Counted from the stretch's first letter, positions 9,038 to 20,153 are shown. The stretch: DNA of 32,000 nucleotides from Pirellula staleyi DSM 6068 (GCA_000025185.1 CP001848.1:4320001-4352000), one strand, 5' to 3'. The notes: generated by a model not told the origin, from the letters alone. Numbers and translations: made by a program.

Positions 9038-9472
9038 ATGGAATCAAACGTTCAGCTTTGCACTTTTCGCGTCGACGACCAACTCTACGGCGTCGAAGTC
9101 CACGAGGTGCAAGAGGTCCTCAAATCACAGCCGATGACACGCATCCCGCTAGCCCCGCCGTATGCCCAGGGGCTGATTAACCTGCGAGGGCAACTGGTAC
9201 TAGCGATCGATCTACGGAAACGTCTCGGCTTGTCGACAGCGAAATCGGATGTTCCATCGATGAACGTTGTGGTCCGTTCTGGCGATGAGTCGGTCAGCTT
9301 ACTCGTCGATCGGATTGGGGATGTCTTGACGATGGATAAATCGGAGTTTGAACCACCACCGCCGAACGTTACAGGGAGTTCTCGGCAACTGATTGCGGGG
9401 GCCTACAAACTGCAGCAGGAGCTGCTGCTTGTCCTACAAACTTCCACCACCCTTAATTTTGCCGCGAATTAG
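9038..9472 (+). CDS. cheW: Chemotaxis coupling protein CheW
   Basis: 144 aa. [47 protein letters not shown] is a typical CheW fold signature. Lies in the operon between cheA and the MCP gene. Confidence 0.95.
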   Translation: MESNVQLCTFRVDDQLYGVEVHEVQEVLKSQPMTRIPLAPPYAQGLINLRGQLVLAIDLRKRLGLSTAKSDVPSMNVVVRSGDESVSLLVDRIGDVLTMDKSEFEPPPPNVTGSSRQLIAGAYKLQQELLLVLQTSTTLNFAAN

Positions 9473-9543
9473 CTGCCGCTCAAATAACACTACCTGCTAC
9501 AACACCACACCTTTCACCATTCTCATCTTCAGGACTACGTACC

Positions 9544-11466
9544 ATGCTCCATTTGTCGAACATCTCGATGCGATTGAAACTGCTGATGCTGGCCGGAACT
9601 TTTGCAGCCGGTTTTTTAGCATTTGCCGCGGTCTCATTCTTCACGCTCAGTAGTGTGAAGATCAATGGAACGAACTATCAAAAGATCATCGCCAACAAAG
9701 ATCTGATTGCCGATGTCCTGCCTCCTCCGATGTACGTTGTGGAACATTTGCTCGTCTGTCATCAGATTAAAGAGGCTAAATCGGAAGCCGAGCGCAATGA
9801 TCTGCTCGAGCGCCTCGTGGTATTGGAACGGGACTGCAAGGCGCGTGAAAAGTATTGGCAAGAGAGTATGCCTGAAGGGACGCTCAAAACGACGCTATTT
9901 TCAGATGCCATGCGTCATGGTGACGCCTTCTTCGAGGTGGTGAAAGGGGAATTCATTCCAGCAGTAAAGTCAGGGGATAGTGCGCGGGTGGCTGCGGTGT
10001 TTGAAAACTCGCTCAACCCCACCTTCACCAAACACAAGACCGCGATCGAACAGGTGGTGGCTCAAGCGGCTGAGCAATCCTCGGCCGAAGAGAGTCGCGT
10101 AGCGGGACTGATCAGTTCGAGCACTTGGACCCTCACCGCTCTTTGCGTCCTTGTGTTTCTCGGTGTGACTGCCTTTTCGGTATGGATGGGGAGCAAAATC
10201 TCGTCGCAGATTCGGGCGATCGTCGAGGTGGTGAAAGAAGTTGCCAGCGGCAACCTGAATGGAAATCTAGTTGTACATGGAACCGATGAACTAAGCCAAA
10301 CCGCAGGCGCGATCAACAAGATGATTCAAGACCTGAAGACGCAGAAGCAGCGCGAACTCGAAAGTGCTCAGCGCGAGCGCCAACTGGCCGAAGAGCAGCA
10401 GCAACGAGCCGATCTGCTGCAAGCACAAGCCACGTCGCTCCTGGCGAGCGTTGAGCTGGCAGCCCAAGGAGACTTGACGACCGAAATCGAAATCACCAGC
10501 AATGATGCCGTCGGACAGATTGGACAAGGGTTGAATCGATTCCTGGCCGATATGCGTCGGAACATCACAGCAATCGCTCACAACGCACAGGCTCTGGCCG
10601 GAGCATCGGAAGAGCTAACCAGTGTCAGCCTGCAGATGAATCACAACGCGCAGGAGACAGCCAACCAGGCCAACGTTGTTTCGAGTGCCTCGGAACAGGT
10701 GAGCCAGAACTCGCAGTCGGTCGCAACCAGTATTCAGGAAATGAACTCGACGATTCGCGAAATCGCCAAGAATGCGTCGGATGCCACACGAGTTGCCTCG
10801 CAGGCGGTCACGGCAGCTGAACTAGCCAATACCAGCGTGACTAAACTTGGCGATAGCTCGGCCGAAATTGGCAAAGTGATCGACGTGATTACCTCGATCG
10901 CTGAGCAGACGAACCTACTCGCGCTAAACGCCACGATCGAAGCTGCCCGTGCTGGTGAAGCGGGTAAGGGTTTTGCCGTGGTTGCCAACGAAGTGAAAGA
11001 ACTGGCCAAGGAAACTGCTCGCGCCACGGAAGATATCCGCCAACGAATTCAAACGATTCAGTCGGACACCGGCAACGCTGTTTCGGCGATTCGCGAGATC
11101 GGTGGAGTGATCAATCAGATCAACGATATTTCGAACACGATCGCTACCGCCGTGGAAGAACAGACCGCCACGACGAACGAAATTCAGCGGAGCATTTCGG
11201 AAACAGCACAAGGGAGTAACGACATTGCCTGCAACATCGCCAGCGTGGCACAAAATGCTCAGAGCACCACGCAAGGGGCCAACGATGCGCAGCAGGCAGC
11301 AGCCGAGCTCGCCCGCATGGCGTCGGAGTTACAGCAGTTGGTGTCGCAGTTCACCTTTGAAAAAGTCAACGTTCCGAGCCGAACAGCAGCGTCGACAATG
11401 GTCTCCGCGCGGCGCTCGTCTGCTCTAGCTGCTGATGTAGCGACACCGGTTGGCACCGCCACCTGA
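9544..11466 (+). CDS. Methyl-accepting chemotaxis protein (two TM segments, periplasmic helical sensor, HAMP, MCP signalling domain)
   Basis: TM1 is [24 protein letters not shown] periplasmic region of about 170 aa precedes TM2 ([20 protein letters not shown]). HAMP is marked by [27 protein letters not shown]. The conserved hairpin tip is [35 protein letters not shown]. Confidence 0.95.
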   Translation: MLHLSNISMRLKLLMLAGTFAAGFLAFAAVSFFTLSSVKINGTNYQKIIANKDLIADVLPPPMYVVEHLLVCHQIKEAKSEAERNDLLERLVVLERDCKAREKYWQESMPEGTLKTTLFSDAMRHGDAFFEVVKGEFIPAVKSGDSARVAAVFENSLNPTFTKHKTAIEQVVAQAAEQSSAEESRVAGLISSSTWTLTALCVLVFLGVTAFSVWMGSKISSQIRAIVEVVKEVASGNLNGNLVVHGTDELSQTAGAINKMIQDLKTQKQRELESAQRERQLAEEQQQRADLLQAQATSLLASVELAAQGDLTTEIEITSNDAVGQIGQGLNRFLADMRRNITAIAHNAQALAGASEELTSVSLQMNHNAQETANQANVVSSASEQVSQNSQSVATSIQEMNSTIREIAKNASDATRVASQAVTAAELANTSVTKLGDSSAEIGKVIDVITSIAEQTNLLALNATIEAARAGEAGKGFAVVANEVKELAKETARATEDIRQRIQTIQSDTGNAVSAIREIGGVINQINDISNTIATAVEEQTATTNEIQRSISETAQGSNDIACNIASVAQNAQSTTQGANDAQQAAAELARMASELQQLVSQFTFEKVNVPSRTAASTMVSARRSSALAADVATPVGTAT

Positions 11467-11515
11467 TTTCGCGTTTCCCTGTTTCCGCAAGCACCTTGTA
11501 GCGCTGAAAAATCCC

Positions 11516-11896
11516 ATGGTAAAGGCATTAATCGTCGATGACTCGCGAGCTCTGCGTCGCATGATGGGAGACCTCCTTCGTGGACTTGCCATCGAAGTGG
11601 GGGAGGCTAGTAATGGCCGAGAAGCGCTGCAATGGTTGCGGGCCAACAGCCTCCCCAACATAGCGCTGGTGGACTGGAACATGCCCGAGATGGATGGGCT
11701 GGAATTCCTGCGAGAGGTCCGGCGGACTCCGAGTTTGCGTCAGCTACCAGTGATGATGGTGACGACCGAAACCGAGATGGATCAGATGGTACGTGCGCTC
11801 GCCGCCGGCGCTAACGAGTATCTCATGAAACCTTTTACGCAAGCAATGATTGCCGAGAAGTTACAACTCCTCGGCATCTTGGAAGAGGTGTCGTGA
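11516..11896 (+). CDS. cheY: Chemotaxis response regulator CheY
   Basis: ATG at 11516 (MVKALIVDDSRALRR); the track start at 11450 overlaps the MCP end. Single REC domain: DD, ALVDWNMPEMDG, MVTTE, EYLMKPF. The stop at 11894-11896 lies 1 nt before the cheB ATG. Confidence 0.9.
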   Translation: MVKALIVDDSRALRRMMGDLLRGLAIEVGEASNGREALQWLRANSLPNIALVDWNMPEMDGLEFLREVRRTPSLRQLPVMMVTTETEMDQMVRALAAGANEYLMKPFTQAMIAEKLQLLGILEEVS

Positions 11897-11897
11897 G

Positions 11898-13016
11898 ATG
11901 ACTGCCAAGATTCGTGTGCTGGTGGTCGACGATTCGACGATCATTCGGCGTCTTGTCACCGATATTCTGTCAGCCGACCCAGAAATCGAAGTGGTCGGAA
12001 CTGCTCCCGATGGTCAAGTAGCACTTGCTAAGCTCGGTACACTTGCAGCCGAAGTGGTGACGCTCGACATCGAAATGCCGGTGATGGATGGCCTCGAAAC
12101 ACTCGTGCATTTGCGAAAAACGTATCCACGTTTGCCGGTGATCATGTTCAGCACCCTCACTTCGAGTGGCGCGGTGGCAACTCTCGATGCATTAGCCCGT
12201 GGCGCAACCGACTATGTCACTAAACCTGCCAATGTCGGGAGTGTGACCGAAGCGATGCAGCATGTCCGGTCACTTTTGATTCCGAAGATCAAGACACTGG
12301 CGCGAAGTGCCCATCTGGCGGCATTAAGTGAAACTCGAGCGAGCCTTTCGCAAGCCACACCAACTGTACATCGGCTAGCAACAATCAGGCCGACGATTAG
12401 CAAACCGGTCGTCCCTCCCACATTGATTGGGATCGGGGTTTCGACCGGTGGCCCGAATGCGCTGGCCGAGCTATTGCCGAGGCTGCCGAAGAACCTGTCA
12501 GTGCCAATCGTGGTAGTGCAGCATATGCCCCCGATATTTACCAAACATTTAGCCGAGCGACTCGATGCTGTCTCGGCGGTGCGTGTGGTGGAAGCGAGCG
12601 ATGGCGAATTGCTGCAGAGCGGCTCGGTCTATCTCGCTCCCGGTGGTCACCATTTGGAAGTGATGCGAGGCGAGCGTGGGCTCGAGCTTCGAATCGTAGA
12701 CACCCCTCCCGAAAACTCGTGTCGTCCGGCAGTCGATGTTCTGTTTCGCTCGATCGCTCGCACCTGTGGCGCAGCGTCGATCGGTTGCATTTTGACGGGG
12801 ATGGGGCGCGATGGTTTGAAGGGGTGCGAAGCGATGGTGCAAGCCGGCGCTCGCATCTTTGTGCAAGATCAGCCGAGCAGTGTGGTGTGGGGCATGCCTG
12901 GCGTAGTAGCCGAGGCGGGCCTCGCGGAAAAAGTGGTGCCACTGGTCGGTTTTCCGTTTGAGTTGCAGCAGGCAGTTCGCCACAGTACCGTCGCCCCCTC
13001 GCTGGTCAGGAGTTAG
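11898..13016 (+). CDS. cheB: Protein-glutamate methylesterase / glutamine deamidase CheB (REC + esterase)
   Basis: ATG at 11898 (MTAKIRVLVVDDS). REC domain with TLDIEMPVMDG. Esterase motifs are GVSTGGPNAL, VVQHMPPIFT, GMGRDG. Confidence 0.95.
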   Translation: MTAKIRVLVVDDSTIIRRLVTDILSADPEIEVVGTAPDGQVALAKLGTLAAEVVTLDIEMPVMDGLETLVHLRKTYPRLPVIMFSTLTSSGAVATLDALARGATDYVTKPANVGSVTEAMQHVRSLLIPKIKTLARSAHLAALSETRASLSQATPTVHRLATIRPTISKPVVPPTLIGIGVSTGGPNALAELLPRLPKNLSVPIVVVQHMPPIFTKHLAERLDAVSAVRVVEASDGELLQSGSVYLAPGGHHLEVMRGERGLELRIVDTPPENSCRPAVDVLFRSIARTCGAASIGCILTGMGRDGLKGCEAMVQAGARIFVQDQPSSVVWGMPGVVAEAGLAEKVVPLVGFPFELQQAVRHSTVAPSLVRS

Positions 13017-13019
13017 GCC

Positions 13020-13868
13020 ATGACAACCGCAAGCCTGGTCTCCCCTCCGATTTCGAACTTCGAATTCCTGGCGAGCTTTATTGGAAAACGCACGGGCATC
13101 GTGCTGGAGCCTGAGAAGGCCTACCTCGTCGATGCACGCTTAGCACCGATCGCGCGGCAGGCCAATTTTGCGTCGATCGATGCGATGGTCGGTGCGTTGC
13201 GGCTCGGTTCATCGCCGCAACTCGAGCGGGCTGTGCTCGACGCCATGACGACGAATGAAACAAGTTTCTTTCGCGATGCTCATCCGTTTGAAGCGCTGCG
13301 GCTCGAGATTTTGCCCGATCTCGTCGAGCAGCGTGCCAAACAACGCGCGCTATCGATTTGGTCGGCGGCCTGCTCGACAGGGCAAGAGGCATACACCATC
13401 AGCATGATCCTGCGCGAGCATTTTCCGCAGCTCTCTACCTGGAATCTGCAGATTCTGGGAACCGATATCTGTCATCAAGTGCTCGAGCGTGCTCGGGAAG
13501 CCAAGTACAACCAAACCGAGATGAATCGCGGGCTTCCGGCAACACTGCTCGTAAAATACTTCGAGCGGCAAGGGATTCACTGGAGCGTGCGACCAGAGCT
13601 GAAGTCAATGGTCCGTTTTCAAGAGCTCAATCTGATCGAGAAGTTCCCACCGCTGCCGCAGTTTGACGTGATTTTTCTGCGGAATGTGTTGATCTATTTT
13701 TCGATGGAAACCAAGCGCGCGATTCTTACGCGGCTACATAGTCAGCTTCGACCCGATGGCTATTTAGTCCTGGGAGGAGCTGAGACCACTTGTGGTCTCG
13801 ATCAGCTGTTCAAGCGAGTTTCTCTCAAACAATCGTATGTATTTCGCAAAGCCTCTCTTCCTTCCTGA
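13020..13868 (+). CDS. cheR: Chemotaxis protein methyltransferase CheR
   Basis: TNETSFFRDAHPFEAL, SAM-binding IWSAACSTGQEAYTISMIL, IFLRNVLIYF. Starts 3 nt after the cheB stop. Confidence 0.95.
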   Translation: MTTASLVSPPISNFEFLASFIGKRTGIVLEPEKAYLVDARLAPIARQANFASIDAMVGALRLGSSPQLERAVLDAMTTNETSFFRDAHPFEALRLEILPDLVEQRAKQRALSIWSAACSTGQEAYTISMILREHFPQLSTWNLQILGTDICHQVLERAREAKYNQTEMNRGLPATLLVKYFERQGIHWSVRPELKSMVRFQELNLIEKFPPLPQFDVIFLRNVLIYFSMETKRAILTRLHSQLRPDGYLVLGGAETTCGLDQLFKRVSLKQSYVFRKASLPS

Positions 13869-13886
13869 TGCGTGGGAGTAATCTCC

Positions 13887-14339
13887 ATGACGATTCAATG
13901 CACAAATGATGATCTTGTGGCGATCACACAGAACATCGTTGAGACCGTACTGCATGCCACGCTGCACCTTGGTGAGCCAGCCCCTGCGGTGCAGTACGCA
14001 CTTAGCGGCTGTATTCAACTGGCTGGAGCTTGGCAAGGGGCGGTGATCCTCGACTGCAGCGACGAATTTGCAGCGCAGGCCGCGGCTGCTATGTTTGGTC
14101 TCGCGCCCGACGCTGTAGAGCCACAAGACAAGATCGACACCGTCGCTGAACTCGTCAACATGCTTGGTGGAAACATCAAGTCGATCTTGCCGGGGCCTTC
14201 GTTCCTGGCCCTTCCCACGGTGACAGCGGGGGAGGATTACAAGATTGAAGTTCCGAGCGCCACCTGCGAATCGATGATCGAGCTAGGAAGCAGTATCGGC
14301 GCGCTCCGATTTTCGATTTGGCGTGTCGGCTCAACCTAA
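13887..14339 (+). CDS. CheX/CheC-like CheY-P phosphatase family protein
   Basis: ATG at 13887 with GGGAG 9 nt upstream. About 150 aa. Contains the D-x3-E-x2-N motif (DTVAELVNMLGGNIKS) characteristic of the CheC/CheX/FliY active site. It is the last gene of the che operon. Confidence 0.7.
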   Translation: MTIQCTNDDLVAITQNIVETVLHATLHLGEPAPAVQYALSGCIQLAGAWQGAVILDCSDEFAAQAAAAMFGLAPDAVEPQDKIDTVAELVNMLGGNIKSILPGPSFLALPTVTAGEDYKIEVPSATCESMIELGSSIGALRFSIWRVGST

Positions 14340-14682
14340 GAGCAGACGGAATAGCAGTCGGCCGATTTACTGCAAAGCTGGCGGTTCAAATATCGACGAA
14401 AATGTTCAGGTCGCACCCCGTTCAAGCCGCTGAGCAGCCGTGAGTTTTCGCAAAACTAGAAAACTCGACCTGCACGAACTACCGCTCGCCGCTGTCGTCA
14501 AGAGAATGCCCAACGGATCGCGCGGCCACTACCCGAGATTCTCAAGCAAGTTGGCAGAATCGCCAGAAGAAAACCGGCAGGCCGATTTGAATCCTGCGGT
14601 TGCAAATAGGTTGTAAAACTTAAATTACAACCTTCGATACCCATGCGTTGCGTCGCTGCAAGTCGTTGTCTTGCAAAGGCTT

Positions 14683-14761
<79 letters not shown>

Positions 14762-15021
14762 AATGCGGTGGCGAGAACCGAGCACGGAAACGAGTTTCCG
14801 ATCATGGGTTATCGTCTGGCGAAGAAGGAAATCTATCAAAAATCTTCCGCTCGACAAGGGAGGGGCGTTTCCGCCAAGCACCACTCGATCACTAGGACAG
14901 CGGGAAGCATCGCTGGGTTCGAAGCAGAGGAAAAATTGGCAGGCTATCAGCCCAAGCGGGTGTGGTGGTGGGTGATGTGCTGGACGACAGGCCGGGCCAT
15001 CGAACGCTGGACGTGGCGAAA

Positions 15022-15570
15022 CTAGAACTCGCGGCGGCCACCTGATGGCGGAGAGAGAGACCTCGCAGGAAGTTCGTAAGCTGCTTCTGGCAATTGAGTT
15101 GCGGGAAAAACTTCGGTGCCGAAAGGGGCTGGAAAAATCCTCGGCTCGGAGTAAATCGGCCGCGATTCCCAGCGGTTCTCCGACGTTTGGACTTCACGCT
15201 GGCCGATGATCACGCGACGTGGATAGTAAAAGCCAGTTGTGGGATTGGTGTCGTAGAAAATCGATCCCGGCCAGGCAGGCTGTGCCGCCCAAGGGGGTGG
15301 CAGCGGCGGAAAAAATCGATACGCGCCACTCGAAAGAAAATCGGTAGTAGCTGCTTGTCCTGCCAAATTTGCGCGGCGCACTTCATCGGCCTGCTCATAC
15401 GCTTCCAGCCCCGCCTGAATGCCGTCGTAAGGTCGATCCCGGCTCGGAGGGGAAACAGGTCCGCGCGCCTCTTGGCCCATGGCTGCTGCGTGAAAGCTGC
15501 AGAAAAACGCAACAGCCATCGCCGCTAGCATCGAAAGCTCGAAAAACTGTCGGCCATAGTTTCGGTGCAT
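15022..15570 (-). CDS. Hypothetical secreted Pro-rich protein
   Basis: ATG start. N-terminal hydrophobic signal (FELSMLAAMAVAFFCSFHAAAMG). No recognisable domain. It is the only long ORF here whose composition looks protein-like. Confidence 0.55.
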   Translation of the reverse strand: MHRNYGRQFFELSMLAAMAVAFFCSFHAAAMGQEARGPVSPPSRDRPYDGIQAGLEAYEQADEVRRANLAGQAATTDFLSSGAYRFFPPLPPPWAAQPAWPGSIFYDTNPTTGFYYPRRVIIGQREVQTSENRWESRPIYSEPRIFPAPFGTEVFPATQLPEAAYELPARSLSPPSGGRREF

Positions 15571-15808
15571 TGCGCTAACCCATCCTTTCCGATCAGTTCC
15601 CCTACAAGGACCGATTTAGTATTCGGGTTTTTCTCGAGAAAGTCCATGCGAACGTTCGCTTTCTTGTTGCTGCAACAAGGTTTGCATGGAGAAGTTGGTC
15701 TAGGTGAGTTTTGCTCGATGCTGCTATGTTCTCGCTATGGACTGAGGTGTGATGCCACGCCGAGCCCTAAGCGACGTTTCGCCTCGAGACACCATCTACA
15801 ACGTCACG

Positions 15809-16810
15809 ATGCCAATTCCCTTTACTGTGCTGATCGCTGTTGCAGGGAATCAACCTCTGCTCGCTCGAACCCTCGATTCACTCGCAGGGTGTGAGCTTCC
15901 AGCTGGTTACACACGTACCATCGTCGTCGAAAATGGCCCCAAGTCGGGCATTGAATCGGTGGCTCGATGTGCGGCACGTCAGCTTCGCGTCGAGTATTTC
16001 TACTCGGCCATTCCCAATAAAAGTAACGCCCTGAACTGCGCGCTCTCTGAAATCCGGACGGGTCTGGTGTTTCTGTCGGACGACGATGTTCGACTGGCAC
16101 CACAAACGCTCACCAGCTACGCCGATGCTGCCGCCCAAGTGAGTGGCAAATGCTATTTCGGTGGACCTTTAGAGACCGACATCGAGTCGGGAGAGATTCC
16201 TCAATCGCTGATTCAGTTTCTGCCGCGTACCGCGCGGGGAATGCGTTTGTCCTACGATCGTCCGACGAAACTCAATCGCTTTTTCTTTCTCGGGCCAAAC
16301 TGGGCTGCGATGGCGGAAGATTTGATTCGTATCAACGGATTCGACTCGCGATTTGGCCCCGGCGCTGTCACGGGAAGTGTGGGGAACGAGACCGATGCTC
16401 AGCGACGCTTGATGGACGCGGGTGTTCGCCCTTGCTACGTGCCGCAAGCGCTGGCTTGGCACTGGGTGCGAGAAAATTGTTTAAGCGACGACTGGATTTT
16501 GCATCGAGCCTTTCGCCACGGACTCGAATGGGGCATTGTGCGTGGACGTTTGCTGCAACAGCGTCCGCTCAAGCGGTGGCTGATTCGTGGGCTCGAAGTT
16601 TTTGATCGAATCAAGGCGAAGCTGAAGCGTCTGCAAGGTGATCGAATCGCGCAGCTCGAAGCTGCTTACCGCCTGGCCGTTTGGGAAGGTCGTCACGCGG
16701 GATTCAAAATCGCCAAGCAATGGGATTCGCTCCAGCGGATGCCATTTCCTGAACTCTCGCCGATGTGCGACGAAAGATCTGCAGCCCCAATGCTCGACCG
16801 CGCTGCCTAG
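15809..16810 (+). CDS. Glycosyltransferase family 2
   Basis: ATG at 15809 (MPIPFTVLIAVAGNQPLLARTLDSL); the track start is 15749. GT-A fold N-terminus and a DxD-type motif (FLSDDDV). Confidence 0.8.
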   Translation: MPIPFTVLIAVAGNQPLLARTLDSLAGCELPAGYTRTIVVENGPKSGIESVARCAARQLRVEYFYSAIPNKSNALNCALSEIRTGLVFLSDDDVRLAPQTLTSYADAAAQVSGKCYFGGPLETDIESGEIPQSLIQFLPRTARGMRLSYDRPTKLNRFFFLGPNWAAMAEDLIRINGFDSRFGPGAVTGSVGNETDAQRRLMDAGVRPCYVPQALAWHWVRENCLSDDWILHRAFRHGLEWGIVRGRLLQQRPLKRWLIRGLEVFDRIKAKLKRLQGDRIAQLEAAYRLAVWEGRHAGFKIAKQWDSLQRMPFPELSPMCDERSAAPMLDRAA

Positions 16811-17030
16811 ATCGCCGGAGCGACCTCGCGCCAAGCCGATTGGGCCGCAATCTGGCCCCTAAAATTCGCGGGGGATTCACCACTCCGTTGTTGCCCGGCC
16901 GCGCATGCGCAAGGTAGACTGAAATTCCGCCGCAACCGGTTTAGCGGCGATGAATCCCACCAATATCAGGCAACCTGTAGCGGCTCGCTCGGTTTGCCCT
17001 CACCCTTGCGTAGTTGGAGGCTTGTCCACG

Positions 17031-20000
17031 ATGGAGAAGCTCAGCCGAATTTTTGGATTGGCCTTGGTTGTGGCACTCGTTCCCAGCATTCTCGCTTGGG
17101 GTGCCGATCCGAAGCCGGAATTCGATCCAGCGCACGCTGAGAAAATGGCGGAAGGGCTCGAACTCTTTAAGTCGCAAGTGCGCACCGTGCTGATCGATCA
17201 TTGCATCGATTGTCACGGGGGTGCCGAGGTGGAAAGCGGTCTCGATCTGGCGACTCGCAAAGGTCTGCTGCGTGGTGGTTCGCATGGCCCCGCCATCGTT
17301 TCGGGGAAGAGTGACGACAGCAATCTCGTTCGTCTCATCGCTCATAAAGAAGAGCCGAAAATGCCCGAAGGGGGCGAGCGATTGCCCGATGTGGCGATCG
17401 CGGCTGTGAGCAAGTGGATCGATCTCGGCGCGCCGTATGACAAACCGCTCGTCGATAACCCGCGCGATCCCGATTCCTGGACCACCACCGTGGTCGACGC
17501 CAAGTCGCGCGAGTTTTGGTCGTTTCAGCCACTGCAGGCGACAGCGCCTCCCGCAGTGAAGAACGGATCGTGGCCGCAAGGTCCGATCGATCAATTCGTA
17601 CTCGCTAAGCTGGAGGAAAAGAATCTCGCGCCGGCAGCTAAGGCTGATCGTCGCACCCTGATTCGCCGCGCGTATTTCGATCTCATTGGCCTTCCCCCTT
17701 CGCCTGAAGAGGTTGAGGCTTTTGCCCAAGACGCGTCGCCTGACGCGTTTGAAAAAGTGATCAACAAACTGCTCGACAACCCACACTACGGCGAGCGCTG
17801 GGGACGACATTGGCTCGATGTTGCACGGTTCGCCGAGAGTCATGGATTCGAACAAGACTACGACCGTCCTTACGCCTATCACTATCGCGATTTTGTCATT
17901 AAAGCACTCGCGATGGATATGCCGTTCGATCAGTTCGTCCGCTGGCAGCTTGCAGGGGATGAACTAGCGCCGCAAGATCCGCTCGCGATGATGGCAACAG
18001 GCTTCCTGGGCGCTGGTGTGTTTCCGACGCAGATCACCGCTAACGAAGTCGAACGTACGCGCTACGACTCACTCGACGACATGGCTTCTACCACAACCTC
18101 GGCCATGCTCGGCTTGTCGGTCGGCTGTGCTCGCTGCCACGACCACAAGTTCGACCCGATTCCGCAAGCCGACTACTACCGCATGGCGGCGATTTTCACG
18201 ACCACGGTGCGGAGCAATCTCGACCTCGATCTCGACCCTGCAGGTTACCAAAAGAAGCTCGAAAGCTTTACGAAGGAGCATCAGCCGCTGGCCGATGCGC
18301 TTGCGAAGTACGAGTCCGAAGTCCTCAAAAAGCAAGCTGCTACTTGGCTCGACTCGACCGCTGCCGCCGAGCTGCGCAGTAGTACTCCCTGGCAAGTCGC
18401 GAAGATCGAAAAAATCGAGTCGAGCGGCAAGTCGACGTTCACTGTGCAGCCCGATGATTCAGTACTCGCTAGCGGCACGAATGCCGACTTTGATACCTAT
18501 ACCTTTGAAGTGGCTCTGCCGAAGTTTGCGGTGCGAGCGATTCGTCTCGAAGCCATGGCCGATGCTTCGCTTCCTCATCAAGGACCGGGTCGCGCCGAGA
18601 ATGGAAACTTTGCACTCACCGATCTCTCGGTCGTGCATCGATCAGCAGCGAAGGGGGAGGCTGCTCAGCTGAAGTTGCTCGATCCTAAATTCACGTTCGA
18701 GCAGCCAGGGCTATCGGCCAGATTCACCATCGATAGCGATGCTCGATCGGGGTGGGCAGTCGATCCGCAGTTTGGTCGCAATCATGTGCTGGTCTATCCT
18801 TTGGCTGATGCACTCCCCATCGCTGAAGGCAAATTGCAGTTCACTCTGAAGTTCGAGAACAACAAGAAGCATCAGATCGGTCGCCTCCGAATTTCACTCA
18901 GCGGTAACGATCCGCAAACGCTCGATGCCGCTACGGGTGAAGGGCTACCTGCGGATCTCATCAACGCCCTCGCAACGCCTGCCGACAAACGTACGGAGCG
19001 AGATCTTGCCGCAGCTGTTCAGTGGCTGAAGCGCGACGATGTGCAGTGGAAACTGCTCGCCGATGTGGTAGCCCAGCATGACAAGAAGCGCCCGCAGCCC
19101 CATCTCGCGAAGGTGATGGTTTGCAGCGAAGGTGTGACGCCGATTCGTCACCACACTCAAGGGGCCGACTTCTTCACCGAAACGTTCTTCTTGAAGCGCG
19201 GTGACTGCGATCAAAAAATGGGCGTAGCTCAGCCCGGCTATCTGCAAGTCCTCACGCGCGCTAGTGGCGGCGAAGCCCACTGGGCGATCACTCCACCCGC
19301 AGGGGCTCGAACGAGCCATCGTCGAGCAGCACTCGCGGCCTGGATCACTGATACAGAAGCTGGTGCCGGTCATCTTTTGGCGCGTGTGATTGCGAATCGA
19401 CTCTGGCATCATCACTTTGGTCGTGGGATTGTCTCCACACCCAATGATTTTGGGGTGCAAGGTGTGAAGCCAACGCATCCCGAACTGCTCGACTACTTGG
19501 CGCTGGATTTGATGAAAAACGGTTGGCGACTCAAGTCGCTCCATCGCGCAATTATGCTCTCGGCGACTTATCAGCAGGGGAGTGCGTGGAACGAAGAAGC
19601 GGCGAAGATCGACCCCGAGAACAATCTCCGTTGGCGCTGGAATCCGCGTCGCATGGAAGCAGAAATCGTTCGCGACAACATTCTCGCGGCTGGTGGGCTG
19701 CTCGATAGCACGATGTTTGGCCCAGGCTCGCTCGACGACAATCATCAGCGGCGCAGCATCTACTTTACAATCAAGCGGAGTCGGCTGATTCCGATGATGC
19801 AGCTGTTCGATCAACCCGAGCCGCTGGTGAGCGTCGGTGGACGTCCGAGCACCACCGTCGCGCCGCAAGCGCTCGCACTGCTCAATAGCACGATTGTTCG
19901 AAAATCGGCCGTCTCGCTCGGAAAACAGCTCAGCACGCTAGAAGACCAGTCGTGGGAGTCGCTCGTAGATCGAGGCTATTTGCTCACAGTCAGTCGCTTG

Positions 20001-20153
20001 CCCGACGCGAGTGAACGAGCGGCCACGGCAGAATTTTTGGCTGCTCAAACGAAGTCGTATGAAGCAGCTGGTAAGTCGAATGCTCGCGAGCTTGCACTGG
20101 CCGATTTTGCGCAGGTACTGATGGGCCTCAGTGAGTTTGTGTACATCCCGTAG
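17031..20153 (+). CDS. PSCyt1 / DUF1549 (PSCyt2) / DUF1553 (PSD1) domain protein (planctomycete cytochrome-c-like family)
   Basis: ATG at 17031 with GGAGG 10 nt upstream. Signal peptide. Heme-binding-type CIDCHGG. DUF1549 block DQFVLAKLEEKNLAPAAKADRRTLIRRAYFDLIGLPPSPEEV. DUF1553 block CARCHDHKFDPIPQADYY. Confidence 0.9.
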   Translation: MEKLSRIFGLALVVALVPSILAWGADPKPEFDPAHAEKMAEGLELFKSQVRTVLIDHCIDCHGGAEVESGLDLATRKGLLRGGSHGPAIVSGKSDDSNLVRLIAHKEEPKMPEGGERLPDVAIAAVSKWIDLGAPYDKPLVDNPRDPDSWTTTVVDAKSREFWSFQPLQATAPPAVKNGSWPQGPIDQFVLAKLEEKNLAPAAKADRRTLIRRAYFDLIGLPPSPEEVEAFAQDASPDAFEKVINKLLDNPHYGERWGRHWLDVARFAESHGFEQDYDRPYAYHYRDFVIKALAMDMPFDQFVRWQLAGDELAPQDPLAMMATGFLGAGVFPTQITANEVERTRYDSLDDMASTTTSAMLGLSVGCARCHDHKFDPIPQADYYRMAAIFTTTVRSNLDLDLDPAGYQKKLESFTKEHQPLADALAKYESEVLKKQAATWLDSTAAAELRSSTPWQVAKIEKIESSGKSTFTVQPDDSVLASGTNADFDTYTFEVALPKFAVRAIRLEAMADASLPHQGPGRAENGNFALTDLSVVHRSAAKGEAAQLKLLDPKFTFEQPGLSARFTIDSDARSGWAVDPQFGRNHVLVYPLADALPIAEGKLQFTLKFENNKKHQIGRLRISLSGNDPQTLDAATGEGLPADLINALATPADKRTERDLAAAVQWLKRDDVQWKLLADVVAQHDKKRPQPHLAKVMVCSEGVTPIRHHTQGADFFTETFFLKRGDCDQKMGVAQPGYLQVLTRASGGEAHWAITPPAGARTSHRRAALAAWITDTEAGAGHLLARVIANRLWHHHFGRGIVSTPNDFGVQGVKPTHPELLDYLALDLMKNGWRLKSLHRAIMLSATYQQGSAWNEEAAKIDPENNLRWRWNPRRMEAEIVRDNILAAGGLLDSTMFGPGSLDDNHQRRSIYFTIKRSRLIPMMQLFDQPEPLVSVGGRPSTTVAPQALALLNSTIVRKSAVSLGKQLSTLEDQSWESLVDRGYLLTVSRLPDASERAATAEFLAAQTKSYEAAGKSNARELALADFAQVLMGLSEFVYIP

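Noticed and set aside
16941-17882. Long antisense ORFs in the track: 16941..17882 (313 aa), 18945..19868 (307 aa), 25472..26449 (325 aa), 29015..29869 (284 aa), 30490..31092, 31129..31872, 2230..2934, 20792..21322.
   Set aside because: Each lies entirely opposite a gene with strong family motifs. Their translations are Arg/Gly/His-rich, low-complexity and lack any recognisable domain. These are typical shadow ORFs of GC-rich DNA.
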